DNA from: Candidatus Thorarchaeota archaeon
GTDB taxonomy: Archaea; Asgardarchaeota; Thorarchaeia; Thorarchaeales; Thorarchaeaceae
DNA length: 64,000 bases
Direction of reading: 5' to 3'
NCBI GenBank assembly: GCA_963726195.1
Contig: CAVSBO010000016.1
Span: forward strand, 96,001-160,000
How positions within the stretch are numbered: position 1 is the first letter of the stretch; each line of letters begins with the position of its first letter. Positions 1 to 11,635 of the stretch are shown piece by piece. The notes under the pieces were generated by a model that worked only from the letters and a program-made list of their open reading frames with translations, made no database searches and had not been told where the DNA came from. Position numbers and translations under genes: made by a program.

Positions 1-1411
1 GCACCTTCATAGCAGCACGGAAATTGGAGATCCTGCTTTTCCCAGCAGCACGAGCACCACCAAACGACTCCTCGCCTGCTTTCTGCACGACGAACGTTGC
101 ACCAATAGTAGGATCCATAGTCTTCATGATTTCTTTCTGATCTGCGGTCACACGAAGCTTCTTTGTCACAGTACGTAGTCGTCTGGACCCACCTTCGTCA
201 GTGTATTCGACTTGTACTTGAATCGGTATCTCTTTGGCCTTGATTTTCTCCGATGGCTCCATCTCAAAGTACAGCTCGTGATTCTCTCCTACGACTCCTA
301 TCTTGCTCTGACTCTTCGTCCTGAGCTCTTCTACGACTGCTCTTGATATACCGGAAGCGTCCTTGATTTTGACACCCTTTGGAGTAATCAACCGGACTTG
401 CACGTCGCGCCCAAGCAATGATGCACCTGCAAGCTCCGACAAACTCCGGTCGAGTTCGTTTGGTGTCACGTAGTACATCTGGCCACTGGTGGCCTCCGGA
501 ATCAAACCTAAGGTTTTCAATTCCATCCCAGCACCCGAGGCAATACCAACGACATCGAATGCCACACTTAGATCCTTGAAGCCTCGTCCCAAATCCTCGT
601 AATAGTTGCCTGCTGGGGTGACTTGGTAACCCTCGAGGGCGCCAATCCCTTCATTGGCCAGCCCATCGGTGAGAAGAACAATCCTGCCGATGCCGCGATG
701 CTTCGCAATGGCATAGGCCATTCCGACCGCCGGACCAAGGGCAGTTCCACCTTGCTCGCGTAGAGCACCAATGTGGCGCTTCAGACTGCTTGCATCCTTT
801 CCTACCTTCACAAACTTGATCCAGTCCAGAAGCTTTGTTGTTGCCTCCTCAATAGACTCCAGGTTTTGAAACGATTCTCTTGGGAGTTGTACAGCCTCAC
901 CGTTTTCCAAGTTACGAAAAAGAACTGAACTCTCAAACTCTATCAATCCGAACAAGGTGTCTGGTGCATTCGCGGCCAAGCTCTCGACTGACGTAGTCAA
1001 GCTTCTTTTCACGGCAGCAAGGTTCGGTCCACCCATTGACCCGGAAACATCGAGAATAGCTAGGAAAGACTGTCCAGCCGAAGGCAAAGAACTGGCTGTT
1101 GTCTCAGTCATGTCAGGAGGCAGCTTGATGACGAAATCTGTATCAGCGCCAGCGGTGAATACCTCTCCCTCAATCACATTCATTGTGCCACAAAACGGGC
1201 AGATGAAGTGCTTTCCTATTCTACGGTCTTCAATAATCTGATCTGGACTCATGAGAAAACCGTTGCACTTCTGGCACGCTATAGGCTTGCCAGTGATATG
1301 AGTAACCTCGCGCGCGAGATCTTTGAACTCAACACGCATCACATAGGGAACGTCACCCATCATATCCCTCGAGGCCGGAAAGGCCTCTGAACTTGTCCTC
1401 AACATAGGCAT
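1..1411 (-). CDS. Sec23/Sec24-like protein (Zn finger + vWA + beta-sandwich), runs off the window edge; absent from the ORF track
   Basis: Manual translation from ATG 1411 is open to position 1. Motifs: CQKC...CPFCGTMN Zn finger, ILDVSGSMGG MIDAS, GGTALGPA, RIVLLTDGLANEGIG, and QVEYTDEGGSRRLRTVT (Sec23/24 beta-sandwich-like). Confidence 0.8.
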   Translation of the reverse strand, partial: MPMLRTSSEAFPASRDMMGDVPYVMRVEFKDLAREVTHITGKPIACQKCNGFLMSPDQIIEDRRIGKHFICPFCGTMNVIEGEVFTAGADTDFVIKLPPDMTETTASSLPSAGQSFLAILDVSGSMGGPNLAAVKRSLTTSVESLAANAPDTLFGLIEFESSVLFRNLENGEAVQLPRESFQNLESIEEATTKLLDWIKFVKVGKDASSLKRHIGALREQGGTALGPAVGMAYAIAKHRGIGRIVLLTDGLANEGIGALEGYQVTPAGNYYEDLGRGFKDLSVAFDVVGIASGAGMELKTLGLIPEATSGQMYYVTPNELDRSLSELAGASLLGRDVQVRLITPKGVKIKDASGISRAVVEELRTKSQSKIGVVGENHELYFEMEPSEKIKAKEIPIQVQVEYTDEGGSRRLRTVTKKLRVTADQKEIMKTMDPTIGATFVVQKAGEESFGGARAAGKSRISNFRAAMKV

Positions 1412-1479
1412 GTATTGGATACCTCAGCAGTAGTCTGTCGATTCCCAACTCAGGATTCAGTGTCTTAAGTCAATTGCTG

Positions 1480-2753
1480 GTCAACTACCTGCGACTAAAG
1501 TCGTAGACTTGCCACTGCGATCCGTGGTAGGAACTCTACCTCGTCATTTCGCGCGACGTTCGGGCGGTTGACTTTCGCCCTCCCGACCACAGCACTGCCA
1601 CGGTCGGATATGTTCCTTGCGGCATTAAGGTCTGCGTGAATCGAGAACCCGCACTGCTTGCATGCAAACTCGGAACCGTGCCGATTGCTCTTGGCAACGT
1701 GACCGCACCGCGAGCACCGCTGACTCGTATATCTCGGGTTTACGAAGAGCACCATCTTGCCAGCTTCGAGTGCCTTGTTCTCCACGGCCCGCTCCAGCTG
1801 GTAGTATGCCCAATTGGCGAACTTCTTGCGGGTCTGCTTGCCAATACGATGTTCTTTCTTGCTGCTGGTCTTGATGCCCTTCAGGTCCTCCAAGACAATG
1901 CAATCGAATGGTTTCGCCACTAGCCACGATGCAATCCTGTAGTTCTCTCCAGTCATGAACCGTCTTTCCCGCCCCGCTAGCGATTTGAGCTTTCGCCTGC
2001 AACGACGGGTGCCTTTTGACTGGAGGGATTTCCGCAAGTACTGGTACCTGTATTTCACGTTCTTGATGTGTTTGGAACTGTAGAACGTGTTGTCAGACGC
2101 GACAACTGCATTGTTGATGCCGCGGTCCACGCCTAGAAACTTGACTGGGTGGTCGTTCACGCCGGGATCGGGTATCTCGATGTTCAGAAACGTGATGACC
2201 CTGTCCTTCTTTGCCTTGAGCACGACAGCATTCACGGTAGAGAACTGATATTTCCTGAAATACTCTGGAATGATGAGCGGAAAGGTCTTGCGCCCATCAA
2301 TCGTCGAAATGGAGATTGCGCCACTTTCCAAGAAGGGGGTGAATGTGCGCTGGTTCAGTCGTATCGAAGACATCGGTTTCTTCACTGGCTTCTTGCATTG
2401 CCAGTTCTTTTTCTTCGCTAGTTTCAGCGATGCCAATGCCATGTCACGTGCACATTGCACGAGCGATGACTGCAAGTGTGGCAATCGTTCCCGGATGGAC
2501 GCATAGGTCGCCGCGTGGAGCACGTTCTTGTTGTACGTTCTCGAATTCCATCCAGCGCCCATAACATCGTTCGCCGCGTCGTTGTACTGGCGGATGGTCT
2601 CGACCAGTGATGGGTCGAGCGGCAGAGGGCATTGGATAGTGCGTATCATAACTCGACAATTACCGTGTATTTCATTAGAGCTTAAATCCATGTATTCCCC
2701 AGCGGCGATTCCTCTCCCGACTGAAGTTGGGGGCCTCCTCGCCGCGTTTCTCT
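1480..2753 (-). mobile_element. IS200/IS605-family non-autonomous element (tnpB only)
   Basis: Left-end hairpin at about 2702-2745, preceded on the minus strand by TTCAT (2754-2758). Right-end hairpin CTACGACTTTAGTCGCAG is followed by GTAGTTGAC ending at 1480. Confidence 0.75.
1495..2691 (-). CDS. tnpB: RNA-guided endonuclease TnpB, catalytic triad intact (start probably 2649)
   Basis: GVDRG (RuvC-I D), VLEDL (RuvC-II E), CSRCG...CKQCG Zn finger, HADLNAARNI (RuvC-III D). Confidence 0.93.
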   Translation of the reverse strand: MDLSSNEIHGNCRVMIRTIQCPLPLDPSLVETIRQYNDAANDVMGAGWNSRTYNKNVLHAATYASIRERLPHLQSSLVQCARDMALASLKLAKKKNWQCKKPVKKPMSSIRLNQRTFTPFLESGAISISTIDGRKTFPLIIPEYFRKYQFSTVNAVVLKAKKDRVITFLNIEIPDPGVNDHPVKFLGVDRGINNAVVASDNTFYSSKHIKNVKYRYQYLRKSLQSKGTRRCRRKLKSLAGRERRFMTGENYRIASWLVAKPFDCIVLEDLKGIKTSSKKEHRIGKQTRKKFANWAYYQLERAVENKALEAGKMVLFVNPRYTSQRCSRCGHVAKSNRHGSEFACKQCGFSIHADLNAARNISDRGSAVVGRAKVNRPNVARNDEVEFLPRIAVASLRL

Positions 2754-2936
2754 ATGAATTGTACCCGTTCGAGTCCAGAACTCTGTGGTCAGAACAGACT
2801 GAAACAATGTAACTCCGAGCCCATAATGCAAGAAAATCACGACCATACCAGTAGCGGCCTGTGAACAGAGAAGATATAAAGACCCCAGTGACCACTGCCT
2901 GTTCAAAGCAGGCGATGCTCTAGAAGGACAGCCGCG

Positions 2937-3308
2937 ATGGTGGTTGATAAAGCTAAGATAGAAACGGTCGTGGCCCAGACCATGGCAGCAAATGCGGACA
3001 TACAGGGGATTATCGTGTGTGATGACAAGGGCAAGGTGTTGTTTTCACACACGATAACTGCTGGAGTCAAGCACACTGATGTGGCTGCTCTTGCAGTGAA
3101 GATAGCCGCCAACTCTTCGCAGCTCGTAGGTGCTCTTGACAAGGGCACTCTGAGGGAGATCAGTATCGCCTCTGACAAGGGCTTTGTTATCGTTCTTGGC
3201 GATGTTGAACTCGTCCTGACTGCGGTAGCCGGAGAAACAGCAAAGGAATCAATCGGTCTTCTTCGGATAGCATTGAGGCGCGCCCTCCTATCGATGGTTA
3301 AGAAGTGA
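2937..3308 (+). CDS. Roadblock/LC7 (MglB-like) domain protein
   Basis: 123 aa; IQGIIVCDDKGKVL and GLLRIALRRA match the roadblock pattern. Confidence 0.8.
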   Translation: MVVDKAKIETVVAQTMAANADIQGIIVCDDKGKVLFSHTITAGVKHTDVAALAVKIAANSSQLVGALDKGTLREISIASDKGFVIVLGDVELVLTAVAGETAKESIGLLRIALRRALLSMVKK

Positions 3309-3490
3309 ACTGGCCTTTCAGAGCTAGCTTTTTGTAGGTTTCAGTTCCCAAGCAGCCAGAAGAATGTCTAGGTGTCATCCTAGTATCATCGGTGTTATAC
3401 GAACGATATTTAGGTCTCCATATTCCCTAGATATTGAGTCAGCCACGCCGCTTTGGAGACTCTCACCTAGGTAGCCGGACGGATAGTGCC

Positions 3491-6400
3491 TTGGTCTATA
3501 TCGAGAAGCTTGTGTGCAAGGGCTTCAAGTCATTTGGCCGGGACACCGTAACAATTACTCTCAGCTCTGGGTTCAACTGCATTGTGGGGCCAAATGGATC
3601 AGGCAAGTCGAACGTAATCGATGCATTACTGTTCGTCTTGGGACAACTGAGCGCAAAGACGCTCCGTGCGAATGTGTTTTCCGAATTGCTGTATTCTCCA
3701 CCGAAGCCTGACATGCCCCCCAAAGCCTCATCCGCTTTGGTCGAACTGCATTTCAATAACAAGGACAGAAAGCTAGAGATTGATGCAGACAAGGTCGTGA
3801 TAGAAAGACAACTGGATGAATCCGGAAAGTCTGTATGCCGCATAAATGGCAAGATGGTCACCCGGTCCTCTGTCATAGAAGTACTGGGGGGCATCGGAGT
3901 CGACCCAAATGGTTACAATCTGGTTCTGCAGGGCGAAATCGCCCAGATGGTCAAAGTCAATCCAATCGAACGCCGCAAGTTGGTAGAAGAGATTGCTGGC
4001 ATTTCAGCGTATGATGAACAGAAGGAAAAAGCACTCAAGAAACTGGCAGAGAGTGAAACGAATCTAGGCAAGGTCGAAACACAACTGCAAGAACGGCGAC
4101 GACAGACTTGAGCGTCTAGAATCAGAGAGAAAGGACGCGCTGCGTTATAGCTCCGTTCGTGATGGAATACAGCAAACCAGAATCGAGAGCCTCGCTTGGA
4201 CTATAATCAGAGGTGACAGCAGAAGCAAGACAATAGACGAGACTCTCGCGGAGCGAGCTGCAGATGCAGAAGGGCTCGCGAAAGAGCTCACCAAAGTCGA
4301 GAAGAATATGGCAAAGACTGAATCCGAAATCGAGGTGATAGAACAGGATATCGACCAAATCACTGGTGGGGATGCCTCGCGAGTTTCCGAACAGTACGGC
4401 GTGATGTCGGCCGAGGTTGATCACATCAAGGGTGGCCTCGAGCGCGCAAGAAACGACTTTGATAGGACCAAGCAGGAGAGGAATAGCCTCGAATCACAGA
4501 TTGATACAACTAAGGAACAGATAGCATCCAGTGAACAGTCCACAGAGGACAAGGAGAGGGAACTGGCCCGCCTTGAGATAGAAGTCAAGGAGTGCGCGGG
4601 CAGATATTGAGCGGCTCGAACAGCTGCAGGAAAAGGAGCAATCGTCATACTATGATACCACACGAGAACTCCAAGACTTCAACAATCAAATGGCCCACCT
4701 TGATGAGGCGATAGCTGATGTCAGGTCGACAATCAAGTCCGATAACAAGGAACTAGGGTTAGCGTATGAGGAAGTCCGCGATGCGGAGGATACTCTGAAG
4801 AACACCGAGACAGATTTGTCAGAACTGACAGTCATTGCTCCAGCGAGAACGCAGGAACTCCAGAAATCACAGGCAATGGAGGAAGAGAAACGGATCGAAC
4901 TCGAGAGTGTAGAGAAGCTGCTTGCCTCTGCGGAGGCTCAAGTGACTGAATCAGCGAAGTTGGTGGCTTCGACACGAGAAGAAATGATCAAGATACAGGC
5001 TCGACATGACGCGCTGAAAGAAGCAGAGGAAGCATTTCTGAAAAGACAGAGGGCATTGGCGAGGATACTCCAACTTCGTGACAAAGGTGAGATGGAGGGA
5101 ATCCTTGGAACAGTGGCAGAGCTCGGCACCATCAACCCAGATTACGGGACAGCACTAGAGGTGGCCGCGGGTAACAGGTTATCGCATATTGTAGTGGAAG
5201 ACGAAGATGTGGCTACTAGATGCATTGATGTCCTCAAGAAGGAAAGAATAGGGCGTGCATCCTTCATTCCTCTGGGCAGAATAAGGGCACGAAAGCCCGT
5301 CAAGGCTCCTAGCGGAAAGGGAATTATTGGCAATGCACTGGACCTGGTCAAGTTTGATTCAAAGATGCGGCCAGCGTTTGAATTTGTATTCTCAGACACG
5401 GTCGTAACAAAAGACTTCGAGACAGCGAAAGCAGTCAGTCTTAGTAAGCGGAGAGCAGTCTCGCTGGAAGGAGACCTAGTCGAGAGATCAGGCCTGATAA
5501 CTGGGGGATATTTCCACAAAGAAGCGAAAGGACTCTCGCTACAGGAACAGGACACAAGCCCTCAGGTCGTTACTCGCCTCAAGGGGCTCGAGGATATTCT
5601 GTCAGAGCTGCGACAGCAGGAGGAGCAATTAACGGACGGGAAGAAGGACCTCGACAGAGACCTTCAGGAACTTGCCAGACACAACTACAGGGAACGTATC
5701 GAAGTCGAAACACTCGAGCAGAAGCTTGCAGATAGAGAAGCCCGAGCGGAGAGTCTCGGAGAGAAGATCCGTAAGGCGAAAGTCACAATCGATGAACTGG
5801 AGAAGCAGATATCCGAACTGACGGCACGCGATGAAGAACTGACCAGTCAGCGTGACAAGATAAGGGAGCAGAGAGACCGCTGCAATGAGGCGCTTGCAAA
5901 GTCAGACACCGCTCGATTGAACCAAGAAATCAAGGATTTGAAGGAAGTCCTAGAACATCATAGAAGAAATCGTGAAGGCATTCAAAGGGATATCGCTTCG
6001 CTCCGGGTAGCGCTGGACGAGCGATATTCACCTAAACTGGCAGAACTTGTGGCCAGAACAGAATCGCTGGACTCGGTGTTACCAGGAATGGAAGGGGATG
6101 TACAGCTTTCTGAATCGGAACTCGCTGGGAAAGAAACAGAATTTCTCAAGCTGAGATCGGAAAGAGAGAAGATAGATACAGCCGTGAAGGACAAGCGGGT
6201 GCGTCAGCTAAGGCTCAAAGAGACTGTCAGGGACCTTAGGCTCAAGCAGGAAGAGATACGCGAAGCCCAGACATCGAACGAGAAGCTGTGTACCGACTTC
6301 AGGTCGAACGTTCTCGCCTAGAGAATGACTTAGTGGGATTCAAAGCCGAACTCGGTACCATCACTGAAGTGGATGCAGAGCTGGAAAAGAGAGCTGACCA

Positions 6401-7082
6401 GCGTGAGCTGACTGCTAAGGCAATCGAAGACTTGGGCGAGAAGATTAAGGAACTCGAGAGAGAACTTGAAGCGATGGGTCCGGTGAATCTGAAGTCGCTT
6501 ACGGACTATGACGCGGAAAGACAGACCTACGACGAGATAGCCGAGAAGAAGACTCAACTCGAGAAGGAGCACAAGGAGATTCTCTCGTTTATGGAAGAGA
6601 TTGAGAAGGAGAAAACTCAAAAGTTCCTTCAAGTCTATAACGAAATAGCAGACAACTTTTCCAAGGTTTTCGCAAAACTGTCGCCGAGCGGCGAAGCAAA
6701 TCTCATGCTTGAGAATCCCGAGCATCCTCTGATGGGGGGCGTAACTGTCAGGTCAAAGCCGGCAGGCAAGGAACTGGTTTCACTAGACGCCATGAGTGGT
6801 GGTGAAAAGACACTGACCGGGCTGGCATTGATTTTCGCTGTCCAGATGCACAGTCCTGCCAGCTTCTATGTATTTGATGAAATAGATGCAAACCTAGACG
6901 ATGTGAATGCTCACAACGTGGCCGTACTCATTTCGGAGATGTCCAGATCGTCCCAGTTCATAGTTGTATCGCTCAGAGATACCACTGTGCGTAAGGCAGA
7001 CATGCTTATTGGCGTGTCAAATCAAGATGGTATATCTAGGATAGTCGCCGTGGACCTGCAGGAGGTAGCGGAAACGGCTTGA
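3491..7082 (+). CDS. smc: Chromosome segregation protein SMC (three frameshifts at about 4105, 4590 and 6288, probably sequencing errors)
   Basis: GFKSF, GPNGSGKSN Walker A, coiled coils, hinge (GRASFIPL, GLITGG), MSGGEK signature, FDEIDANLD; split over four ORFs. Confidence 0.95.
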
Positions 7083-7802
7083 GCGACAGATATGGCTCTC
7101 CGTTTTGGGCGAACCCCCCTTACATTCTGCTAACGGATGTTCTACAGCTTGAAAACATCGAACCTTGGAACGTGGATGTTGGTAAGCTGAATTGCTGGAT
7201 TCCTTCAGGAAATGAGAAGGCTTGGAGACATCGACTTTCGAGTCTCCGGGAATGCTCTCTATTCCGCGTCAGTGATTTTCATGAAAAAGACCCGGGAGCT
7301 CGTCGAACTGGGCCTCATCCAGTCCGAAGTGTCTGAAGAAGAAGAGCAAGAAGTAGTCATTCCCAAGATACTACCTCCATTCAGGCTGAACAACCGTCGA
7401 GTAACCCTCGAAGAGTTGCTCCTAGCAATGGACCGAGTTCTCGGCAAAGGAGTAAGAGAACGTCCGGTACCTATGTCCCGACGACGCAGAGTGGATGTTG
7501 AGCCCTTGGCCTTCGCGACGGAATCAGCCCGGGCGAACATAGAGGAAACGATTGCTGAGGTGTACTCGGACATTTGCAGGATTGTAGGTGTCGGTGAAGT
7601 GATTCGATTCACTGACCTGCTGGTGAACAACACAAGGAAAGAGATAGTCCGCATTTTCTTCTCCATCTTACACCTCTATTCTAGAGCACTGATTGACCTC
7701 TGGATGGACAAGCACGACGTGATCTGGGTCAAACTGATGCCGCCGCCCCAAGAGGAAGAGGCAGGCGAGGAACATGCCAAGCCAGAAGCAATGAGTAGGT
7801 GA
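7079..7802 (+). CDS. scpA: Kleisin ScpA (frameshift at about 7190)
   Basis: IEPWNVDV, RVSGNAL, RVTLEELL and FFSILHL motifs; lies between smc and scpB. Confidence 0.85.
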
Positions 7803-8362
7803 TTTGCTTGCACAATGAGTTGGTGACACTCGAAGCGGCATTGTACGTTGCCGGCAGACCGCTGAGCCTGCAGGAGCTGGCCGATATTATCGGAAAAGCT
7901 GAGTCCACTGCCAAGCAGCTCATAGAAGACCTTGAATTCAAGTATCAAGAACGTGGCGGTGCTCTTGAGATTGCGGAACTGCCAAACAGCAGGTATGTGT
8001 TACAGCTCAGGCCTGAATTAACGTCACGAGTCGGGAAGCTTATACCCGGAGGACTGCTCTCGTTTGGTACTCTCCAGACTCTTGTCTACATAGCTTTGAA
8101 ACAGCCAATCCTCCAGTCGGATCTCGTATTCCAAAGAGGAACCCACGTCTACGACCACGTCAAAGAACTGGAAGATAAGAAATTCATATCGGCCACTCCC
8201 GAAGGACGAAGCAAGGTGTTGATAACAACTCCATTGTTCTCCGACTATTTCGGCCTTGATGCTGACGTAATCCGCATGAAAGCAGAATTGAGCTTCAAGA
8301 TGAAGAAGATAAGGGAAGATCAGAGTGACGCCGAAGGCGGGCCTGTTGCTGCCAGTGATTAG
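7799..8362 (+). CDS. scpB: SMC-Scp complex subunit ScpB
   Basis: LEAALYVAGRPLS, TLVYIALKQPI, TTPLFSDYFGL. Confidence 0.93.
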   Translation: MICLHNELVTLEAALYVAGRPLSLQELADIIGKAESTAKQLIEDLEFKYQERGGALEIAELPNSRYVLQLRPELTSRVGKLIPGGLLSFGTLQTLVYIALKQPILQSDLVFQRGTHVYDHVKELEDKKFISATPEGRSKVLITTPLFSDYFGLDADVIRMKAELSFKMKKIREDQSDAEGGPVAASD

Positions 8363-9378
8363 CAGACCCGAGGAATCGGCTCGCCCAATGGAATTTGCAG
8401 AACCATTCTTCCTCCTACACCAGTCTTCATGAGCACTCTTGAATCTCCTTTTCGCGCCTTTCCAATGACACACGCGTTTTCTGTTGTCTTGAATCTTGCA
8501 AGCGCATCCAGAATACAATCTGTGGCCGATGGGTCCGCTGCTATGATTGCTCTGCCCTCACACGCTATGTGGAAAGGACTGAGGCCTAGGATGTCACATA
8601 AAGACTGCACTGCAGTGCTTACAGGCACAAGGGTCTCATCTATCTCTATTTCCACACGCGATTTCGATGCAAATTCATTCAGGGCAACCGCAAGCCCACC
8701 GCGGGTAGGATCCTTCATCGCATGAATACGAAGACCAGCGACATCAAGACAATCATGAATAGGTTCCCACAGAGGCGCGACATCGCTGGTGAGATTGGTT
8801 TCGAACTTCAGCCCCTCCCTATGGGCCAACAAAGCTGTACCATGGTCACCAATGGGTCCAGTGACGATAACATCGTCGCCTGCCTTGACTCCTGCGTCTG
8901 CAATCGGCGAATTCAGGTAAAGCATACCGATACCAGTTGTCGACATCACAAGCCCATCAAGTGCACCCTTCGGCATAACCTTGGTATCTCCCGCTATCAT
9001 TGCAATCCCAAGCGGTTCTATAACGCTGTTCATCGACCTTAGAATTTCGCGAAGAATATCAATCTCGAAACCCTCCTCGACGACAATCGTGTTTGTCATT
9101 GCAAGGGGAGATGCTCCCATGACTGCAAGGTCGTTTATCGTGCCACATGCAGCCAGTGTTCCAAGGTTGCCACCCGGGAAGAAAAGGGGCTGAACAGTGT
9201 GCGCGTCTGCGGTCACTATTAGACCTGTGCTACCGACCGGAAGCGTTGCGCCGTCGTCCATCTCATCGAGCCCGATGCTGCCAAGCTTTCGGAGGCCAAA
9301 GGAAGGAATAATCACTTCCTCCAGCAGACGCTGCATAATCTTTCCGCCAGCACCGTGCGCCATCTCTATCTTCGCCAT
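8359..9378 (-). CDS. hypE: Hydrogenase maturation protein HypE
   Basis: HGAGG, DDGA, GDTKV, KDPTRGG and C-terminal PRVC. Confidence 0.95.
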   Translation of the reverse strand: MAKIEMAHGAGGKIMQRLLEEVIIPSFGLRKLGSIGLDEMDDGATLPVGSTGLIVTADAHTVQPLFFPGGNLGTLAACGTINDLAVMGASPLAMTNTIVVEEGFEIDILREILRSMNSVIEPLGIAMIAGDTKVMPKGALDGLVMSTTGIGMLYLNSPIADAGVKAGDDVIVTGPIGDHGTALLAHREGLKFETNLTSDVAPLWEPIHDCLDVAGLRIHAMKDPTRGGLAVALNEFASKSRVEIEIDETLVPVSTAVQSLCDILGLSPFHIACEGRAIIAADPSATDCILDALARFKTTENACVIGKARKGDSRVLMKTGVGGRMVLQIPLGEPIPRVC

Positions 9379-9562
9379 TCACGCACCTCTGTCCGCGCTC
9401 TACCATCATTGGTCCTGCTCGTTGTATTTGAAGGGAATGCTTTGTACAGCCGAAAAGAGCGCCGCCGTTTCGATAGTTCTTTGAATGGTGGGCATATATA
9501 GTCACAGGCCGTCACATAGGCTACAGAACGAGCGCATCGTCGCGAGCGAGGATGATGTTCCA

Positions 9563-10797
9563 GTGATTAAGACGTACACGCTCAAGCATGGCCTCCACTT
9601 AGACGGGTTTCTCTTGGCTTACCGGGATGCGCTCAACAAGATGATCTCCAAAATCTGGGAGAACATCCGTTGGATAGAGAAGTCGAAGAAGAGCAGCAAC
9701 CAAGTGCGGGTATTCCCGTCAATCCCCAGCTATGCGTTCAAGAAGCGGATGCGGGGCGAATTCCTCAACGAGTGGGAGTATTCCGCGCACTGGATCGACT
9801 CCGCGCTGAAGACCGCGTTCTCTATCATCGACTCATGGAAGAAGAACTACAACAAGGGACAACGGAAGCGGAACAAGCCCGTTGTGAAGCGATTCTTCGT
9901 CCGGGTGAAACAGACATTGATGAAGGTTGAGAACGAACGGATGCGAATCTCGATTAAGCCGAATCAGTTCGTTTACGTAGACCTCTCCAAGCGGTACTTC
10001 CCACTGGACGGAAAAATCGGGGAACCGATCCTCACTGACACGAGACTGCACATCCCGATCACGCTTCCGGATGGTAAGCCAGACCCGAACGACGTGATCG
10101 GGTGGGACTCCAATATATTCTCCATCGACGGATACTCGGAGAGCCGCGGTTGGGTCAAGGTGGACATCAAGTCGTTGCACACCATTCACGTCACGTATGA
10201 CGACAAATTCAGGAGCATTAACCGGGTCTACGCCCGCAACAAGAAGGCGGGCAAGAAGCTCTATGCCAAGTACCGGGCACGGTGCAGGAACCGGGTGAAG
10301 GAATACTTGTGCGACGTTGCCAACCTGATGACCAAGGTTCCTGCAATCCATGGGTTCGAGAATCTGGAAAAGAAATACCTGTTCAAGAGCTATCGCCACC
10401 GCTGGAACCGCAATCTTGGTCACCGGATTGGCGGCAGCTCTACCAGCTCGTCAAGAATAAAGCCGAGACCGTCAAGGTGAATCCGGCATGGACATCGAAG
10501 CGCTGCAGCAGGTGCGGGGCAACCAACAAATCCCTGAGAGCTGAGAAGGTCTTCGAGTGCCCATCGTGCGGATTGAAAATCGATCGGCAGTTCAACGCGA
10601 GCGTCAACATCTACCTGAAGATGAGAGGAGTTTCACCGGAAGTGCCATGGTTCGATACCACGGTGCTCCCGGCCGGGTTGCCCTTGATGGGGGCAGAGAC
10701 GAGTGATGCCGATGAACTCGCGAGGCATTTCGATGAACTGATGAAGCCCCAAGTCTACGTAACTCTGTCAAAGACTACGCCGACTATAACCCACTGA
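9563..10797 (+). CDS. tnpB: IS607-type TnpB (frameshift at about 10423), RuvC-III DRQ variant
   Basis: Close paralogue of 43568..44788; GWDSN, GFENL, CSRCG/CPSCG, IDRQFNAS. Confidence 0.85.
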
Positions 10798-10855
10798 GCA
10801 AGACTTAAAACCGGTTCTAAGCGTGCGTCAATGACTGAACCCGGAGGTAGTCTTC

Positions 10856-11236
10856 ATGGGTGTCTGGCATGGTAAGACTGGTCGCAGATTAACTGGTGCG
10901 CGAGTTAAGAAATCCAGAGGCAAGAAGAAGTACGAAATGGGTCATTCGCCAACAGAAACAATCGTGGGCGAAACCAAGAGACGCACCCTTGGCAGCAAAG
11001 GAGTTCATCATAAGAAGAGACCAGCTCTGCGAGTCAAAGAGGTCAACGTAACCGACTCTAAGAAGAACCAGACTTTCTGTGTAGAAATTCAAGAAGTAGA
11101 GAAGAATCCAGCCAACCTAGACTACCAGCGACGGAAAGTGATTACTCGCGGCACTATCATTAAGACACCAAAGGGCCGCGCAAAGGTCACCAGTCGTCCA
11201 GGTCAAGATGGCGCCGTAAACGCTGTACTAATCTGA
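10856..11236 (+). CDS. rps8e: 30S ribosomal protein S8e
   Basis: KKKYEMG, NPANLDYQRRKVITRGTII, VTSRPGQDGAVNAVL. Confidence 0.97.
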   Translation: MGVWHGKTGRRLTGARVKKSRGKKKYEMGHSPTETIVGETKRRTLGSKGVHHKKRPALRVKEVNVTDSKKNQTFCVEIQEVEKNPANLDYQRRKVITRGTIIKTPKGRAKVTSRPGQDGAVNAVLI

Positions 11237-11240
11237 GATT

Positions 11241-11635
11241 CTATCTCTTGGCAGCAGGGGCAACCTCAGCCTCGATATTTGTGATGAAGAAGTCCTTGCC
11301 GCCTGTGATCATCGTTGCGCTGCTACCGCAGTTCGTACATTTCATTGGTGCAAACATTGCTGCAGGACCAAGCGCCTCATCAGGACTGCCAGCCTCCCCT
11401 TCGTGCCCACAGTCTTTGCATTTTACTCTCCCCTTGACCATCTTGATGTTGAGCTCACTCCCTCCAGAATCGTCTTTTGAGTCGCAATCTCGAAATTAAA
11501 CTCGAGTTGCTCGGGGACAAGAAAGGTGAACTCACCGACCTCCACGTTAACCACCGTGACTCTCTTGACTTTGTGGCTCTTGGCAGCCTCCATGACTGCG
11601 TCAATGATTGAACAGGCAGCCGAGTATTCGTGCAG
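11241..11635 (-). CDS. hypA: Hydrogenase nickel insertion protein HypA (CTG start, frameshift at about 11460)
   Basis: Manual translation (M)HEYSAACSII...VEVGEFTFLVPEQLEFNFE, then CKDC...CTNC and GGKDFFITNIE. Confidence 0.9.
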
